Assembly: GCA_963845535.1 (NCBI GenBank) | Contig: CAWJSK010000015.1 | Coordinates: forward strand, 401,875-465,874 | Direction: 5' to 3' | From: an uncultured Spirochaetota bacterium | Lineage (GTDB): Bacteria; Spirochaetota; Spirochaetia; SZUA-6; Fen-1364 | Length of the DNA stretch: 64,000 nt | Shown here: positions 23,580 to 32,111 of the stretch, one piece after another | Position numbering within the stretch: the stretch's first letter is position 1 | Layout: every line of letters starts with the position of its first letter | The notes under the pieces: model-generated | Told to the model about the DNA's origin: nothing | The model's input: the letters and a program-made list of their open reading frames with translations, nothing else | Databases searched by the model: none | Program-made: the position numbers and the translations under genes

Positions 23580-24888
23580 GGCTTCCCCCCCTAGAAAAAT
23601 TTTCTCCCTTTTTCATGAAGCGCGCGAATCCCTTCACGTCCTGCGCCGCCTCTGCGATCCGCGCCACCGCCTGCTTCAGGGATTCGAGGTCCGTGGCAAT
23701 GGAGAGCCGAAGGAAGTGCATGTTCTCCGTGCCTATCCTTCCAAACGACTTGCGGTCCATCGTGGCCACCTGGTAATCGAAAAGCAGGAACATCTGAAGC
23801 AACGTCGAGGGAGTTGTCTGCTTTCTCACTTCAGCGGGAAGGCCCCGATGGGCTTCGAAGATTCCAAGGTGCTCGCACAAGCCGCTCACGTTGGGAAACA
23901 CGTAGAAAGCGCCCTTGGGCTTCTGGCAGCTTACCCCGGGTATGGAGGACAGTCCCGCCACGATAAGGTTGCGCCGCTCCTGGAACGCGTCCACCATTTC
24001 CCGGATTGCTTTTACCGCAAGCGGTGATTCCAGTCCCAGGCGCGCTCCTTCCTGGTTGTACGGCGACACGCAGGAGAAATAGTTGATGTTGAGGTTTTTG
24101 AAGACCTCCGTCTCTTCGACGGTGGGGAAGAGCGCCCAGCCAATGCGGCCGCCTGTCCAGGAGAAGCTCTTGGACGCGCCGCCCACGACGATCGTGCGCT
24201 TCTCCATCCCCGGGAACGAGGCAATGCTTTCATGACGGGACCCGTCGAAGAGGATGTCCTCATAAACTTCGTCGGAATAAACTCGCACGTCGGGCTGGCA
24301 CTTCTCCTGAATCACTTTCGCGATCTCTTGAAGCTGCTCCCGGGATGCTACGCCGCCGGTTGGGTTGGAAGGGAAGTTGAGGAAGATCAACCTGGTCCAC
24401 GGCGTGATTGCCGAGGCGATGTCCGCCCCGGAAAGCGTGAAACCAGACTCTTCCTTCAGGTGGACGGGCACGGGCTCGGCGCCGACGTACCGGGTGAAGG
24501 ATTCATAGATGGGATAGCCGGGACTGGGGTAAATCACCTCGTCACCGGGATCACAGTAAGCTTCCTGGCTCAGACCGATGGGCGGCTTGCCCCCCGGGAA
24601 CACAACGACCCTCCGCGGGTCTGCCGGGATTCCGCGCGTCTTCGCGAAGTGCCGTGCCACCGCCTCACGAAGCGACTGTATCCCCTGGGGATCACAGTAA
24701 TGGGTATTGTCCCGGTCGATCTGCCTCTTGACTTCGTCCTTGATGAAGGCCGGCACGGGGAAATCAGGCTCCCCGAGGTTGCATTTGATGACGCTTTTGC
24801 CCTGGTCCTCGAGGGAACGTATCTTGGGTCCGATCTTGAACGCGTTCTCTGTGTCCAGCAGCCCGATCCTTTTCGAGAGCACCGCCAC
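23512..24888 (-). CDS. Class I/II PLP-dependent aminotransferase
   Basis: NLGEPDF, NFPSNPTG, SDEVYED, SKSFSWTGGRIG, PKGAFY; GTG 24888 follows AAGGAG; the true stop may be the TAG at about 23592-23594. Confidence 0.9.
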   Translation of the reverse strand: MAVLSKRIGLLDTENAFKIGPKIRSLEDQGKSVIKCNLGEPDFPVPAFIKDEVKRQIDRDNTHYCDPQGIQSLREAVARHFAKTRGIPADPRRVVVFPGGKPPIGLSQEAYCDPGDEVIYPSPGYPIYESFTRYVGAEPVPVHLKEESGFTLSGADIASAITPWTRLIFLNFPSNPTGGVASREQLQEIAKVIQEKCQPDVRVYSDEVYEDILFDGSRHESIASFPGMEKRTIVVGGASKSFSWTGGRIGWALFPTVEETEVFKNLNINYFSCVSPYNQEGARLGLESPLAVKAIREMVDAFQERRNLIVAGLSSIPGVSCQKPKGAFYVFPNVSGLCEHLGIFEAHRGLPAEVRKQTTPSTLLQMFLLFDYQVATMDRKSFGRIGTENMHFLRLSIATDLESLKQAVARIAEAAQDVKGFARFMKKGENFSRGGSHGHDFRAAQGDLHQHPRGDERP

Positions 24889-24908
24889 TGGCCTCTCCTT
24901 TCGCCGCC

Positions 24909-24954
24909 GAAAAGAAAGGAGGAAGGTGCGCCGGGTTGGCCTCACCTTCCTCCT
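24909..24954 (-). terminator. Terminator-like hairpin in the aminotransferase leader
   Basis: 12-bp perfect stem AGGAGGAAGGTG/CACCTTCCTCCT followed by TTCTTTTC on the minus strand. Confidence 0.55.
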
Positions 24955-25017
24955 GCAACTGCATTAAGAGTACGACGGAATGGTCATTTCGTGCAAGAAA
25001 AAAGTTGGCGGCGCCGC

Positions 25018-25377
25018 TCAGTTGGTTGCGACAAGGCTGACTGTCACCTGGGAGAAGGTGGCTGCGGGATTGAACGTGATGAGATAGCCGTGTCCGGCCG
25101 CAATGGAAAGCAGGACCGCGGTGGTCCAGGCGCTTCCGCTCTCTGCGGTCAACACGTTCTGCCCTGGCGGGATAGGGTAGCTGCCCGTCTGGGCTCCCGG
25201 GGCCAGTCCGCCGCCGACTATCAACGGGCCGAACTGGATGGCGCCAAGCGCGAAAGACGTGTTGTTGAAAAAGGTGACCTCGGTGCTCCCCCCCAGGAGC
25301 TGGCAGGAGGACAGCAGGAGCAGGAGAGGCAGCAAAAAGAGCAGTATGACCGCTTTCCAGAGAAGTCGTGCGCGCAT
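25018..25377 (-). CDS. Small lipoprotein
   Basis: Signal peptide with lipobox LLLSSC; beta-rich mature part. Confidence 0.75.
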   Translation of the reverse strand: MRARLLWKAVILLFLLPLLLLLSSCQLLGGSTEVTFFNNTSFALGAIQFGPLIVGGGLAPGAQTGSYPIPPGQNVLTAESGSAWTTAVLLSIAAGHGYLITFNPAATFSQVTVSLVATN

Positions 25378-25438
25378 TCTTCATCAATAATAGCATAGTT
25401 GGAGACAGTTGGTTTTTTGCCGACAATGAACCAACGGG

Positions 25439-26287
25439 ATGAAGCTGCCAAAGGACCTTACCCAATGGAGCAAATCCACTGCTCTCGCCGTGGGCTTCTG
25501 TCTCATCATGGCCATCGGCGTGATAGACTACGCTACCGGCTATGAGCTTTCTTTGTCCATTTTCTACCTGATTCCGGTTTCTCTCCTGGCCTGGACCACG
25601 GGCAGGTGGCCCGGGTTGATCGGTGCCCTGATCAGCGCCTGCGTATGGGTCACGGCCGATATCCTGGCCGGAGAGAGTTTCCCCAGCCCTTTCTACGCTT
25701 TCTGGCACGTAGCCACCCGCACGGGCATCCTCGGCACCTGCGCGCTTTTGTTCTCAGCCCTTCGGAAATCAATCGAGCATGAAAAGGCGCTCGCCCGCAT
25801 TGACCATCTCACGGGCGCGGCCAACACGAGGTCGTTCCAGGAAACGCTGCGCTCGGAAATCGAGCGCTCGCGCAGGTACAAACGGCCCTTTACGCTCGCC
25901 TACATCGATCTGGACAACTTCAAGGTCATCAACGATTCCTTCGGCCACTCCACGGGTGACCTTCTTTTGCAAACCGTGGTAACCGTGATCAAGAGCCATG
26001 CGCGAAGCACCGACGTGGTGGCCCGGCTCGGCGGGGACGAGTTCGCCCTTCTCCTGCCCGAAGCGGATGAGAAGGCGGCCCGGGCGGCAATCACAAAAAC
26101 GCGCGAGGGCCTTGTGCTCGAGATGGGCCGCCGGGGATGGCCCGTCACCGTGTCCATAGGCGCCCTTACGTGCGTCGACTCGCGCCTCGGGGCTGACGAG
26201 CTTCTCAAGCAGGTGGACGACCTGATGTATTCCGCCAAGATCAAGGGGAAGAACTCCATTTCCTTTTCCGCCCAGGGCGCCGAATGA
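25439..26287 (+). CDS. Membrane-bound diguanylate cyclase
   Basis: Four TM helices, DHLTGAANTR, RSTD I-site, GGDEF. Confidence 0.92.
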   Translation: MKLPKDLTQWSKSTALAVGFCLIMAIGVIDYATGYELSLSIFYLIPVSLLAWTTGRWPGLIGALISACVWVTADILAGESFPSPFYAFWHVATRTGILGTCALLFSALRKSIEHEKALARIDHLTGAANTRSFQETLRSEIERSRRYKRPFTLAYIDLDNFKVINDSFGHSTGDLLLQTVVTVIKSHARSTDVVARLGGDEFALLLPEADEKAARAAITKTREGLVLEMGRRGWPVTVSIGALTCVDSRLGADELLKQVDDLMYSAKIKGKNSISFSAQGAE

Positions 26288-28293
26288 AGGAGCAGAACCG
26301 GGACCGCTTCGACGCCTTCCTGAAGCGCAACAGGAGCCGCCTGGGCCAGGTGATCCACGAGATGTGGGACTCGCGCGACCAGGAGCTCTGGGCAAAGGAC
26401 CCGTACTACTTCCTTCGCCTGGGGGAAAGGGCGGACACCGCGGGCCAGGCGATGTTCGCGCATGACGTCCTGAAAGAGGGACTGCGCGTATTTCCCGGGC
26501 ACCTTCTGATCACGCAACGTTACTGCAAGTCACTGATCAATTGCGGCTTCCTCCTCACGGCCAAGGACCTCCTTGCGCGGCTCATGAAGGACGGCCATTT
26601 CGACGAGGAGACGCTCGGCACGCTCGGCCGGGTGTTCAAGGAGATGTGGCTCATCGAGGGCAACGGCGAGCCCGGGCACCCCCACCTGGGGAAGTCGCGC
26701 GAAGTGTACCTCGGGGCGTTCCGCAGGCATCGCCGGGGCTGGTCAGGGATCAACGCCGCGAGCCTCAGCCTGATCATGGGAGACAGCGAGCTCTCACGAC
26801 GCGTGGCCCGCCAGGTGCTACATATCTGCGCGGACCTCCTGAAAGACCCGTCCCGACGCGACTATTGGACGCTGGCGACGGTGGCCGAAGCTTTCCTGCT
26901 CCTGGGCCGCCAGGAGCGGGCCGCGAAGTTCTACCGGCTGGCCCGGGCGCGCAGCCCCCGCAACTACGGCAATCTCGCAAGCTCGCGGAGGCAACTCTCG
27001 CTGCTCGCGCGATACGTGAAAGTGGATCCTGCGGTGCTCGACACGCTGCGCATCCCCCCTGTCGTGGCGTTCACCGGCCACATGATCGATCCGCCGGACC
27101 AGCCGCGCGCGCACTTCCCGCAGTCAGCGTCCGTGCCCGTCAAGCAGAAGATCGCCTCGGTCTTGCGGAAGCTCGACGCGCGCATCGGCTACGCCTCCGC
27201 CGCATGCGGCGCGGACATCCTGTTCCACGAGTGCCTCCTGGCGCGCGGCGGGGAGAGCAACGTCGTCCTCCCCTTCGACAAGGAGGATTTCTTCCAGACA
27301 AGCGTGGACTTCGCCGGCCAGGCCTGGAAACGCCGCGCGCGGGCGGTCCTGTCCAAGAGCTCAATGGTGGAGCAGGCCACGCGGGGGGGATACCGCGAGG
27401 GCAACGAGATTCTGTTCTCCTATGCCAATCAGCTCATCCTGGGCAAGGCAATCCTGCGAAGCCGGTTCCTCGAGACGGAGCCGCTTCTCATGGCGGTGTG
27501 GGACGGCGAGCGCAATGGCAAACCGGGCGGCACCTCCGAGTGCGTCAGGCAGTGGGAGGAGACGGGCTTCCCCTACGTCGTCATTGACCCCGTAACGGCG
27601 CGAGTTGAGCACAGGGGCGGAGGTACGCTCCGCGGCACGGCGGCGCGCGGCGGCACGCGTCAGGCCGCAGAGGCGGCGTTTGTGCGGCCGGCGTCCGCGC
27701 GGGATTCTGCACGCGCCCCGTCCGGGCGCACCATCGCGCAGCGGAAGAGCCGCCAGACCATCGCCATCCTCTTTGCCGACATGGTGGGCTATAGCAAGCT
27801 GCGCGAAGAGCAAGTCCCGGCCTACGTCAGGGGATTCCTCACGGGAGTCTCCAAGACGCTTTCGGCATCCGCGGTCGAACCGCTGTACAAGAATACGTGG
27901 GGTGATGCGATCTGCCTGGCGTTCGACGACCCCGTGGGTGCCGCGGAATGCGCCATCTCTCTTCGGGACATGGTGCGGAGAACCGACTGGTCCAGCTTCG
28001 GCCTGCCGCCGTCCTTGAACGTGCGCATCGGGCTCCACGCTGGGCCGGTGTACTGCGTGCAGGAGCCTCTCCTGGAGCGGCTGAACGTGTTCGGCTTCCA
28101 CGTGAATCAGGCCGCGCGGATAGAACCCATTACGAGCCCGGGGAACGTCTACGCCAGCGAATCATTCGCCGCGCTCCTTCTCGCGGACCCGAGGAACCGG
28201 CTGGACTGCCGGTACGTCGGGGTTGTGGTGCTGCCGAAGAACTTCGGAAGTTATCCAATTTATCATATCAAACGCAGGACGGAAGTAGGGTAG
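26284..28293 (+). CDS. TPR (TPR-S/DUF4071-like) + SLOG-like + class III nucleotide cyclase
   Basis: ETLGTLGRVFKE, GINAASL and DYWTLATVAEA (TPR-S-like); FTGHMID, SAACGADILF and AVWDG..GKPGGT (SLOG-like); LFADMVGYS, NTWGD, RIGLHAGPV and VNQAARIE (cyclase). Confidence 0.8.
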   Translation: MKEQNRDRFDAFLKRNRSRLGQVIHEMWDSRDQELWAKDPYYFLRLGERADTAGQAMFAHDVLKEGLRVFPGHLLITQRYCKSLINCGFLLTAKDLLARLMKDGHFDEETLGTLGRVFKEMWLIEGNGEPGHPHLGKSREVYLGAFRRHRRGWSGINAASLSLIMGDSELSRRVARQVLHICADLLKDPSRRDYWTLATVAEAFLLLGRQERAAKFYRLARARSPRNYGNLASSRRQLSLLARYVKVDPAVLDTLRIPPVVAFTGHMIDPPDQPRAHFPQSASVPVKQKIASVLRKLDARIGYASAACGADILFHECLLARGGESNVVLPFDKEDFFQTSVDFAGQAWKRRARAVLSKSSMVEQATRGGYREGNEILFSYANQLILGKAILRSRFLETEPLLMAVWDGERNGKPGGTSECVRQWEETGFPYVVIDPVTARVEHRGGGTLRGTAARGGTRQAAEAAFVRPASARDSARAPSGRTIAQRKSRQTIAILFADMVGYSKLREEQVPAYVRGFLTGVSKTLSASAVEPLYKNTWGDAICLAFDDPVGAAECAISLRDMVRRTDWSSFGLPPSLNVRIGLHAGPVYCVQEPLLERLNVFGFHVNQAARIEPITSPGNVYASESFAALLLADPRNRLDCRYVGVVVLPKNFGSYPIYHIKRRTEVG

Positions 28294-28297
28294 CGTC

Positions 28298-29323
28298 ATG
28301 GCAATCGCCAGGAAGAAAAGAAAGACCGCGGCGCGGCGGGTCCGCAAGCCGGCCCGGCGCAAGGCGAAGAAGACAGCGCGTCGCGCCGTACGAAAGCCCG
28401 CGCGACGGAAGGCCAAGAAGACCGCCCGACGAAGAAAGGCGCGACCCGCCGCCCGGAGGCGCAGCGCCCGAAAGACCGCGGCGCGCCGGCCGCGGAAAAA
28501 GGCTGCTGCTCGGCGCAAGACTACCGCCAGACGCAAGGGCGCAGTCAAGCGGAAGCCGGCCGCCCGGCGCAGGAAAGCGGCCGCGCGGCGGCGACCCGCG
28601 GCACGGCGCCGCAAGGCAGCGGTGCGCCGCAAGCCTGCAGCGCGCAGGAAGGGCACGACACGGCGCAAGCCCACGGCCCGCAGGAAGGCCACGACACGGC
28701 GCAAGCCCACGACCCGCAGGAAGCCCACGACACGACGCAAGCCCACGACACGACGCAAGGCGCCCGCCCGCAAGCGCGGGAGCGCGGCCAAGAAGCCGGC
28801 AGGCCCCCGAATGCCCAAGGCTCCGGCAGCCGCGGCAGGGCGCCGCGGCGGCTTCTCACTCCGTCGTCTGGCCGCTCGATTTACGCCGCCCGTGAAGCCT
28901 CCGGTGGAAGCTTACAGCGGCGCCAAGCCCTACCTTTTTGCCAGCTATTCGCACAAGAACATGCGCGAGGTGTTCACCGTGATCAAAAAGCTCTCTGATT
29001 CGCGCTTCCGGATCTGGTACGACGAAGGGATCGAGCCGGGCAATGAGTGGCCCGAGGAGGTGGGCAGGGCGCTGACGGGCTGCCGGCTCTTCGTGGTGTT
29101 CATGAGCCCGCAAGCCATGGAGTCCCGCAACGTGCGGAACGAGATCAACCTCGCCTCCAGCGAGAACAAAAGCATCATGGTGGTCAACCTCCAGCCCGTT
29201 GAGCTCTCCGAGGGGATGAAGCTGCAGATCGGGACCGTGCAGTTCATCAACAAGCAGGATTTGGGGGAGGACGAGTTCATGGAGAAGCTGAAGGACGCCC
29301 TCAGCCCCGAGCTGCGGGGCTGA
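28298..29323 (+). CDS. TIR-domain protein with N-terminal histone H1/Hc2-like Arg/Lys/Ala repeat region
   Basis: About 200 aa with no Asp or Glu; then EAYSGAKPYLFASYSH, IWYDEGIEPGNEW, FVVFMSPQAMESRNVRNEI. Confidence 0.85.
   Translation: MAIARKKRKTAARRVRKPARRKAKKTARRAVRKPARRKAKKTARRRKARPAARRRSARKTAARRPRKKAAARRKTTARRKGAVKRKPAARRRKAAARRRPAARRRKAAVRRKPAARRKGTTRRKPTARRKATTRRKPTTRRKPTTRRKPTTRRKAPARKRGSAAKKPAGPRMPKAPAAAAGRRGGFSLRRLAARFTPPVKPPVEAYSGAKPYLFASYSHKNMREVFTVIKKLSDSRFRIWYDEGIEPGNEWPEEVGRALTGCRLFVVFMSPQAMESRNVRNEINLASSENKSIMVVNLQPVELSEGMKLQIGTVQFINKQDLGEDEFMEKLKDALSPELRG
28625..28765 (+). repeat. Imperfect 18-bp coding tandem repeat (RRKPTT-type hexapeptide)
   Basis: Repeated CG(G/A)CGCAAGCCCACGAC units. 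Confidence 0.75.
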
Positions 29324-30053
29324 CCGGCACCCTCGCCGCGCTCTCCCCGCGCTCTTGCCGCGGGGGGTTTCCCGGGCACCCGTCAAAGGACTATCTTGAT
29401 ACCCTTGACGTAGTGTATATGCTTACTATTGATTGTGAGCACAAACGTTAAGTTGGGTGTCTATGTCAGGGTATCAACTCCGGCACAGGTGGAGGATGGT
29501 TATAGCCTTCAAGACCAAAGGAAAGACGGTGCGGCATTTGCTAAGGAGTATGGTTTTCACTACCGGCTGTATGATGATGGGGGTGTCTCGGGAACCCTAT
29601 CAAGCAGGGCTGCTCTTGATGAGCTGTGCCATGATATAGAAACCGAAAAGATACAAGCTGTTTGGGTTGCCGATGAAAAGAGGTTCTCCCGTTCTGCTGA
29701 GATTGGGCTTCATCTAATCAATACCTTGATCAAGCATGGCACTAAATTCTTTGTTGGAAACAAGGAGCGAGACCCAACAGACCCTAACACCTACATGATG
29801 TTAGGAATAGCCTTCCTATTTGCTCAGAGGGACCATTTAGACATTAAGGTTCGTCTATGGAAGGGTATTAGAGCATCATGGAACAATGGTGACAGAACCG
29901 GAGTAGCGCCCTATGGATATGATGCCTACTTTGACGTTTCTGATAAGAGAAAGAGAAAACTCAAGATAAATGAAGCACAGGCAAAGGTAGTCAAGAAAGT
30001 CTTTCAACTTTACCAAGAAGGATGTTCATTCCGCAAGACAGCCGAAGTTCTTA

Positions 30054-31709
30054 CAGCAATTCGCAATCTGGCATTTGCGCCACGAGTTGGCGTGGATGCT
30101 TCTGTGGCAGGCCCAGGGCCGCTATCGGCCTCTGATACGGTCAGGCCCCGCCACGACCTCCCCGGGGAGGCTGAGCGCAGTGAGTTAGCCTTTGGAAGAA
30201 GGTGCAAGTAGCCCAGGGGGCAGAGTGCCGCCCACGGGTGTCCAGGAGGTCAGTGTAGTTCTGAGGGGTGTCTTGGCGGGCCCCTATCCGTCGGGATCTT
30301 CCAAACCCAGTCCCTGCAACATAAACAGTACCAAGTGGCGCCAGCTTTCAAATTGCCAATACTGAGTGAGGGCGGCCAAATGCTGATAGAAGGTGTCACG
30401 ACGAGGAAGGCTCGCTCGTAGCAGTGCCACGCGCTTGTCCAGCAGTTCCAGTACCGTGTGAAAGAGGAATGCCAGCACGTTCAGCGACAACAGCGTGCAA
30501 GAGAGGTACTTCTGGCCGTGGCCAAAATTGTGCTCGAAGTGATAGCCCTTGGTCTTGAGGGTGTTGTTGTTCTCATTCTCTATTTTCCACCGACAGCGTC
30601 CGGCCTCTACAATTAACGCCACATTCTCTGGAGTGATCAGCAGGTCGGTAATGAAGGCTGAATGGAAGGTCTGTTTTCCCTCGTCGTCAAGGATGGTGAT
30701 TTCCGCCCAATTAACCTCAACCCCGTTGCTGCTTCTAGCGTTGAGCCCTACCCCGTTGACATAGCGATAGATCACCGTTCGGTGCGCTCGACCCGTCCAG
30801 TGGCTACGGCGCACCTCCTGCAGCCCTTTGAGCTTCTCCAATCCCGCAAGCTCTTCATACAGGTATTTGTGAGAGGAGGGCTTGGCCACGAAGATATAGC
30901 TCATCTGCTGAGAACGCACCTTTTCGATCATCGGCTGGCTTGCAAACAGGTCATCCCCCAAGAGTACCGCCCCAAAAGAGGCGTAGCGGCTACCCATCGT
31001 CTCAAGCCAGCGCTTGGCTGCCTGGTATTCACAGTCCTGTTTCTCGTGGCCATCCTGCGGGGTGATGAACTCGGGTTCCAGCGGGATCACCTGAGAGCGC
31101 TCAGGGTGTACCAGCACCGGCAGTAATACGCTGTGCGAGTAGGTCGTGCGTCCATCACGATGGTGGTGCACTGTGCAGGAGGGGCAGTGGATGGATTCAG
31201 AGAAAAAGTAGCCAGTGCCATCCAGGGCAAGAAGAAGCTTGCCCTCCAGAAATCGAAAGGAGTCCAGCATTCCCTTTTCTTTGAGCAAATCCACCGTCAG
31301 CCCGTAGGCGGGACGCACGCGGGCAGGATCAACCAGATCCAGCACCCCGCGAATCTGGTTGTCGGTTGGGATGCCACGAATGGCGAAGACACTGCGCGCA
31401 TTGCTGGTGCCCTTCTCTTTTTCCATCAAGGCCTGGTGCGCTAAAAAGGAGGGACTCTGACTAAAGAAAACCGCAAAGGCGCAGAGGAAGAAATCGCGCC
31501 ATTCGTAGTGAAGATTCGAGCCCGGCCGAGGGTCCGCGCACCCCTCGATCATCTTCTCGAGATACCCGAGCAACTCAGAGAATAGCTCCCCTCCTCCCTG
31601 CATATCCCAAGCAAAGAGTAGGGCAGAACGAGCAAAGAAAAATACTAGACAGATGTACCCGAAAGCTTACGGCATTGCGTCAGGGCAAACCTCAGATTTA
31701 GAATTGCTG
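30054..31709 (-). mobile_element. ISNCY-type insertion sequence
   Basis: TIRs CAGCAATTCGCAATCTG / CAGCAATTCTAAATCTG; 9-bp target duplication AAGTTCTTA at 30045-30053 and 31710-31718. Confidence 0.9.
30284..31603 (-). CDS. DDE transposase (ISNCY-type)
   Basis: ALDGTGYF, KQDCE..AAKRW, LGDDLF, RWKIENE..NTLK..GYHFEHNFGHG. Confidence 0.9.
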   Translation of the reverse strand: MQGGGELFSELLGYLEKMIEGCADPRPGSNLHYEWRDFFLCAFAVFFSQSPSFLAHQALMEKEKGTSNARSVFAIRGIPTDNQIRGVLDLVDPARVRPAYGLTVDLLKEKGMLDSFRFLEGKLLLALDGTGYFFSESIHCPSCTVHHHRDGRTTYSHSVLLPVLVHPERSQVIPLEPEFITPQDGHEKQDCEYQAAKRWLETMGSRYASFGAVLLGDDLFASQPMIEKVRSQQMSYIFVAKPSSHKYLYEELAGLEKLKGLQEVRRSHWTGRAHRTVIYRYVNGVGLNARSSNGVEVNWAEITILDDEGKQTFHSAFITDLLITPENVALIVEAGRCRWKIENENNNTLKTKGYHFEHNFGHGQKYLSCTLLSLNVLAFLFHTVLELLDKRVALLRASLPRRDTFYQHLAALTQYWQFESWRHLVLFMLQGLGLEDPDG

Positions 31710-32111
31710 AAGTTCTTAACATTGAGGGAGTCAAGACCAAGAACTACGGTAAGGCTCTAAAGGTTAGATTTTCAGAGGAACGAAAGACTACTACAGGTGT
31801 ATGAACTCCAAGCCAGATTGGAAGCATTCTGCGGCGCCCCTTCTATGCTGGACTGACTTGGAACTTTGATCGCACAGAGTTGTTACCGGCTAACAAGCTT
31901 CCGGCAATCTTGGATATCTCAAGGGCTGAATGGCAAGATATGTCCAATGGCATTTCAGAAATAGCAAACAGACGCAACAGAAACGGTATCAATCTTTCTC
32001 ATCATCCCTTGTCGGCACTGATAAGGTGTTCTACCTGTAACGCACCATATTACTATAGACATTTCAAAGCCGGTCAACAACTTGCCTATAATCATCACAC
32101 GGACACACCTA

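Noticed and set aside
28162..28818. Antisense ORF with LRRVVG repeats
   Set aside because: Mirror of the basic repeat region of the TIR gene
26284..29323. Canonical Pycsar, CBASS or Thoeris call
   Set aside because: No cNMP-binding domain on the TIR, no CD-NTase, and no SIR2 or Macro effector; only partial analogy
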